Assembly: GCA_965223665.1 (NCBI GenBank)
Contig: OZ245011.1
Location: 3,936,001-4,000,000, forward strand
DNA: 64,000 nucleotides
Origin: Nitrospinaceae bacterium
GTDB taxonomy: Bacteria > Nitrospinota > Nitrospinia > Nitrospinales > Nitrospinaceae
Direction: 5' to 3'
The position numbers and the translations under genes were made by a program. Positions 61,424-64,000 of the stretch are shown here, piece after piece. Each line of letters opens with the position of its first letter. Within the stretch, counting starts at the first letter, position 1. A model generated the notes under the pieces. That model was not told the DNA's origin, ran no database searches, and saw only the letters and a list, made by a program, of their open reading frames with translations.

Positions 61424-62506
61424 ATGAAAATGGACAGATTCGTAAATGGCAGGGTCGTTCCCTACTTGGTATTTCTAGTATTTTTTTTAACAGGTTGTAA
61501 ATTAGAACAGCGTAGCGAGATCTTTCATTTAAGGGGATCTTATAACTATCAATTTTACAAACATCATCCCAAAGATTATACGCTTACCACCGTCGCTCAT
61601 TGGGCTCATGGAAAAATCAGCGATATTTTATTAGAAGCCCCCCCAGACACGATAAAAGCGGACGAAGATTTTTTCAATAAAAGTATATGGTTTTTAAAGC
61701 ATCCATCCAGAGTGGAACCCCACCAAGACTATGTTGCCCCGGTGTTTGCCCGAATGGCCTGGAAGGCCATTCGCGTGGTAGATTGGACCCACCAATTACA
61801 CGAGCAGCTTTACGATATTATGACTGATCCTCGAATTCCCCCAGAGGACAAGAAAAAATGGATCGATCGGTCCGTACAATATTATCTAAGTGAACCTTCC
61901 ATAGCATTTAGTCCAGCTCCTTTTGAAGAAGTCATAATGGATCGAGTTAAATTGATGAGCCAACCTTGGTTCAAAGCATTTCGGACGAAATACCCACGTA
62001 CTACAGAGTTATTTTGGGCCTTCCATTGGTGGCATCCTGCAGTTTATGAAGCACAAATTCTGAATCAAAATTTGAACGATCAAAAACGAGCTATTAAGGC
62101 AATTGACAAACTTTTCCTAAAGGATCCGATAATTAGACCACCCCAGCGTATGCTTTTATCGCGTGAGGTGATGCCTAGATTTAGCCAGCTTACCCCTGAG
62201 GCAGCAAATATTTTTGATAATTTGCATATGTTTCACGGCATAGTTTATGACATTTTAGCTTCCTCCTTGGTCAAAGATAAAAAAAAAGAAATATACAGGA
62301 TGATTGAATTAATGACGGTTCGCCCAGGCGATGGAAAACTTGCAGCTAACTTTTCCACTCCTCATCCTGATATGGACCCACTTCAATATTATGATTGGCT
62401 TCAAGATTCTGGAGGAGAGATGGCTCGAATCATGGGTCATTCCCATAAACAGCATAAACCTTTACATATGAAAACCCAAAAGCATATGAAGGAGGTGCAG
62501 CCATGA
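61424..62506 (+). CDS. His-rich lipoprotein with an internally duplicated HxxH helical domain
   Basis: Lipobox LTGC; four HxxH motifs; His/Met-rich tail. ATG 61424 follows AAGGAG. Confidence 0.75.
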   Translation: MKMDRFVNGRVVPYLVFLVFFLTGCKLEQRSEIFHLRGSYNYQFYKHHPKDYTLTTVAHWAHGKISDILLEAPPDTIKADEDFFNKSIWFLKHPSRVEPHQDYVAPVFARMAWKAIRVVDWTHQLHEQLYDIMTDPRIPPEDKKKWIDRSVQYYLSEPSIAFSPAPFEEVIMDRVKLMSQPWFKAFRTKYPRTTELFWAFHWWHPAVYEAQILNQNLNDQKRAIKAIDKLFLKDPIIRPPQRMLLSREVMPRFSQLTPEAANIFDNLHMFHGIVYDILASSLVKDKKKEIYRMIELMTVRPGDGKLAANFSTPHPDMDPLQYYDWLQDSGGEMARIMGHSHKQHKPLHMKTQKHMKEVQP

Positions 62507-63273
62507 AAAGATCGTATTTGTGGTTGATAGTGATTACCTGCTTCACATTATTAATAATAGGATTCCCTTTTTTAGTTTTTGCTGCAGACCACCGAAATTT
62601 AGAAGAAAACCATCCTACCCGAATCGAAGATGCTTATCCAATTTCCTTTCGATCCTTTGAATTCCAAACCAGAATTGGATATGAAAGTGAAACGGATGTA
62701 GGCAAAGATACAGGTGTTTTTGAGGGGGAATTGAAATGGGGATTTTTGAAAAATGCCCATTTAGTTTTAGGTTTGCCCATTAATTTTGGGAGCAACTTAG
62801 AGCCAGATTTAAACGGAGACGTTCGTTTTGAGAGTTTATACAATTTTAATGTAGAAACTTTAACCCTTCCGGCCTTCGCTTTTAAAGTTGATTTTTTACT
62901 CCCCTTTGGGAATGACTCTCAAGGAATCGATTTAGATTTGGTTGCAATTGCCACAAAGGGGATTGGCCAAAGCCGATTTCATTTCAATGGAATATACAGA
63001 GTTAATGGTGGAAGAGGTCCGGGAGAACGGAGGCATTTATATGTTTTTGGAATAGCGTTTGACCACCCAATAGATTTAGATCATTTATTCACAGCAGATT
63101 TTTTTGTGGAGCAAGCAGAGAGGAAGGGTCAGGAACCCTTTTATAGTTTTGTAATAGGAATGCGAAAGCAAGTAAACCCCTGGTCTGTATTAACTATGGG
63201 AGTTGGGCACGCTTTTGGAAACGATCGTGCAGCAGATTTTATTGCTACTCTTGGTTTTCAGGTAAACTTTTAA
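62503..63273 (+). CDS. putative outer-membrane beta-barrel (transporter-like)
   Basis: Signal peptide, amphipathic beta-strand pattern, C-terminal GFQVNF; ATGA overlap with the upstream gene. Confidence 0.7.
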   Translation: MKRSYLWLIVITCFTLLIIGFPFLVFAADHRNLEENHPTRIEDAYPISFRSFEFQTRIGYESETDVGKDTGVFEGELKWGFLKNAHLVLGLPINFGSNLEPDLNGDVRFESLYNFNVETLTLPAFAFKVDFLLPFGNDSQGIDLDLVAIATKGIGQSRFHFNGIYRVNGGRGPGERRHLYVFGIAFDHPIDLDHLFTADFFVEQAERKGQEPFYSFVIGMRKQVNPWSVLTMGVGHAFGNDRAADFIATLGFQVNF

Positions 63274-63288
63274 GAGTGAAATTTATAG

Positions 63289-64000
63289 CTAACTTAAATC
63301 GTATTTTAGTTTAAGTTCTTTCAGTTGCTTGAGGTCAATTTCAGAGGGTGCCTGAGTCATCATACAAATGGCTTTTTGCGTTTTAGGAAATGCGATGACG
63401 TCACGTATAGAGGGGGCTCCGGATAGCAGCATGGCTATTCGATCCAATCCAAAGGCGATTCCTCCATGAGGTGGGGCTCCATATTGGAGAGCATCGAGTA
63501 AGAATCCAAATTTGGCTTCGGCTTCTTCTTTATCGATTCCTAATAATTTGAACATTTTTTCTTGCACTTTCTGCTGATGAATCCGAATGCTTCCCCCGCC
63601 GATTTCATTGCCGTTAAGCACTAAATCATATGCTCGGGCTCGAATTCCGGCCGGGTCCGTTTCAATTTTATCTAAATCTTCTTCAAGAGGGGATGTGAAA
63701 GGATGATGCATGGCTACATATCGTTTTTCTTCATCATCCCATTCTAAAAGAGGGAATTCGGTGACCCATGCCAGGCAAACTTTGGATTCATCAATTAAAT
63801 TCATTTGTTTTGCAATGGCTAAGCGCAAATGGCCTAAAGCATCGGCAACTATTTTGGGTTTGTCGGCACTGAAGACAATTGTGTCACCCACTTCTCCACC
63901 CAACTTTTCGATCATCGCATCCAACATATCTTGTTTGAAAAACTTAATGATTGGAGATTGCAAACCGTCTTTATTGATTTTGATCCAAGCCATACCTTTG
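63289..64000 (-). CDS. aspS: aspartate--tRNA ligase, 3' part (5' end lies outside the window)
   Basis: [47 protein letters not shown]. Confidence 0.96.
   Translation of the reverse strand, partial: KGMAWIKINKDGLQSPIIKFFKQDMLDAMIEKLGGEVGDTIVFSADKPKIVADALGHLRLAIAKQMNLIDESKVCLAWVTEFPLLEWDDEEKRYVAMHHPFTSPLEEDLDKIETDPAGIRARAYDLVLNGNEIGGGSIRIHQQKVQEKMFKLLGIDKEEAEAKFGFLLDALQYGAPPHGGIAFGLDRIAMLLSGAPSIRDVIAFPKTQKAICMMTQAPSEIDLKQLKELKLKYDLS

Noticed and set aside
1-64000. CRISPR arrays, IS elements, integrases, tRNA/rRNA, frameshifted pseudogenes
   Set aside because: By eye, no spaced direct repeats, transposase or integrase motifs, cloverleafs or broken ORFs were seen. Weak signals could be missed without a computational scan.

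Overview
AT-rich bacterial chromosomal segment made mostly of housekeeping genes. No transposase, integrase, prophage, CRISPR array, rRNA or tRNA was recognised. It carries ispH, a membrane-bound di-heme sdhCAB, gatCA, comEC, rnr, pheT-zapB-zapA-ssrS (6S RNA)-ygfA-rny-lysS-lolE-lolD-lpxD-accA, mrp, a DHH-CBS-tRNA nucleotidyltransferase, ruvCAB/yebC, yajC-secD-secF, the RNase P RNA gene and the 3' part of aspS. It is Gram-negative (lol, lpxD). The 27-residue LRR paralogs, the soluble fumarate-reductase-like pair and the gene order suggest Nitrospinota or a relative; this is inference, not verified. The best candidate for an undescribed system lies just downstream of rnpB (61041-63273). A secreted Cys-containing leader ORF ends in HPPK, and its stop codon is immediately followed by an 11-nt anti-Shine-Dalgarno. 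That element can occlude the RBS of a lipoprotein with a duplicated HxxH domain, which is followed by an outer-membrane beta-barrel. This looks like a metal-responsive ribosome-stalling attenuator controlling an uncharacterised metal-handling module. Also notable are a degenerate UshA-like domain fused to a tetraheme cytochrome c, a non-covalent-FAD fumarate reductase pair, a probable leaderless zapB mRNA and a sigma-54-like promoter for an HU/IHF gene.
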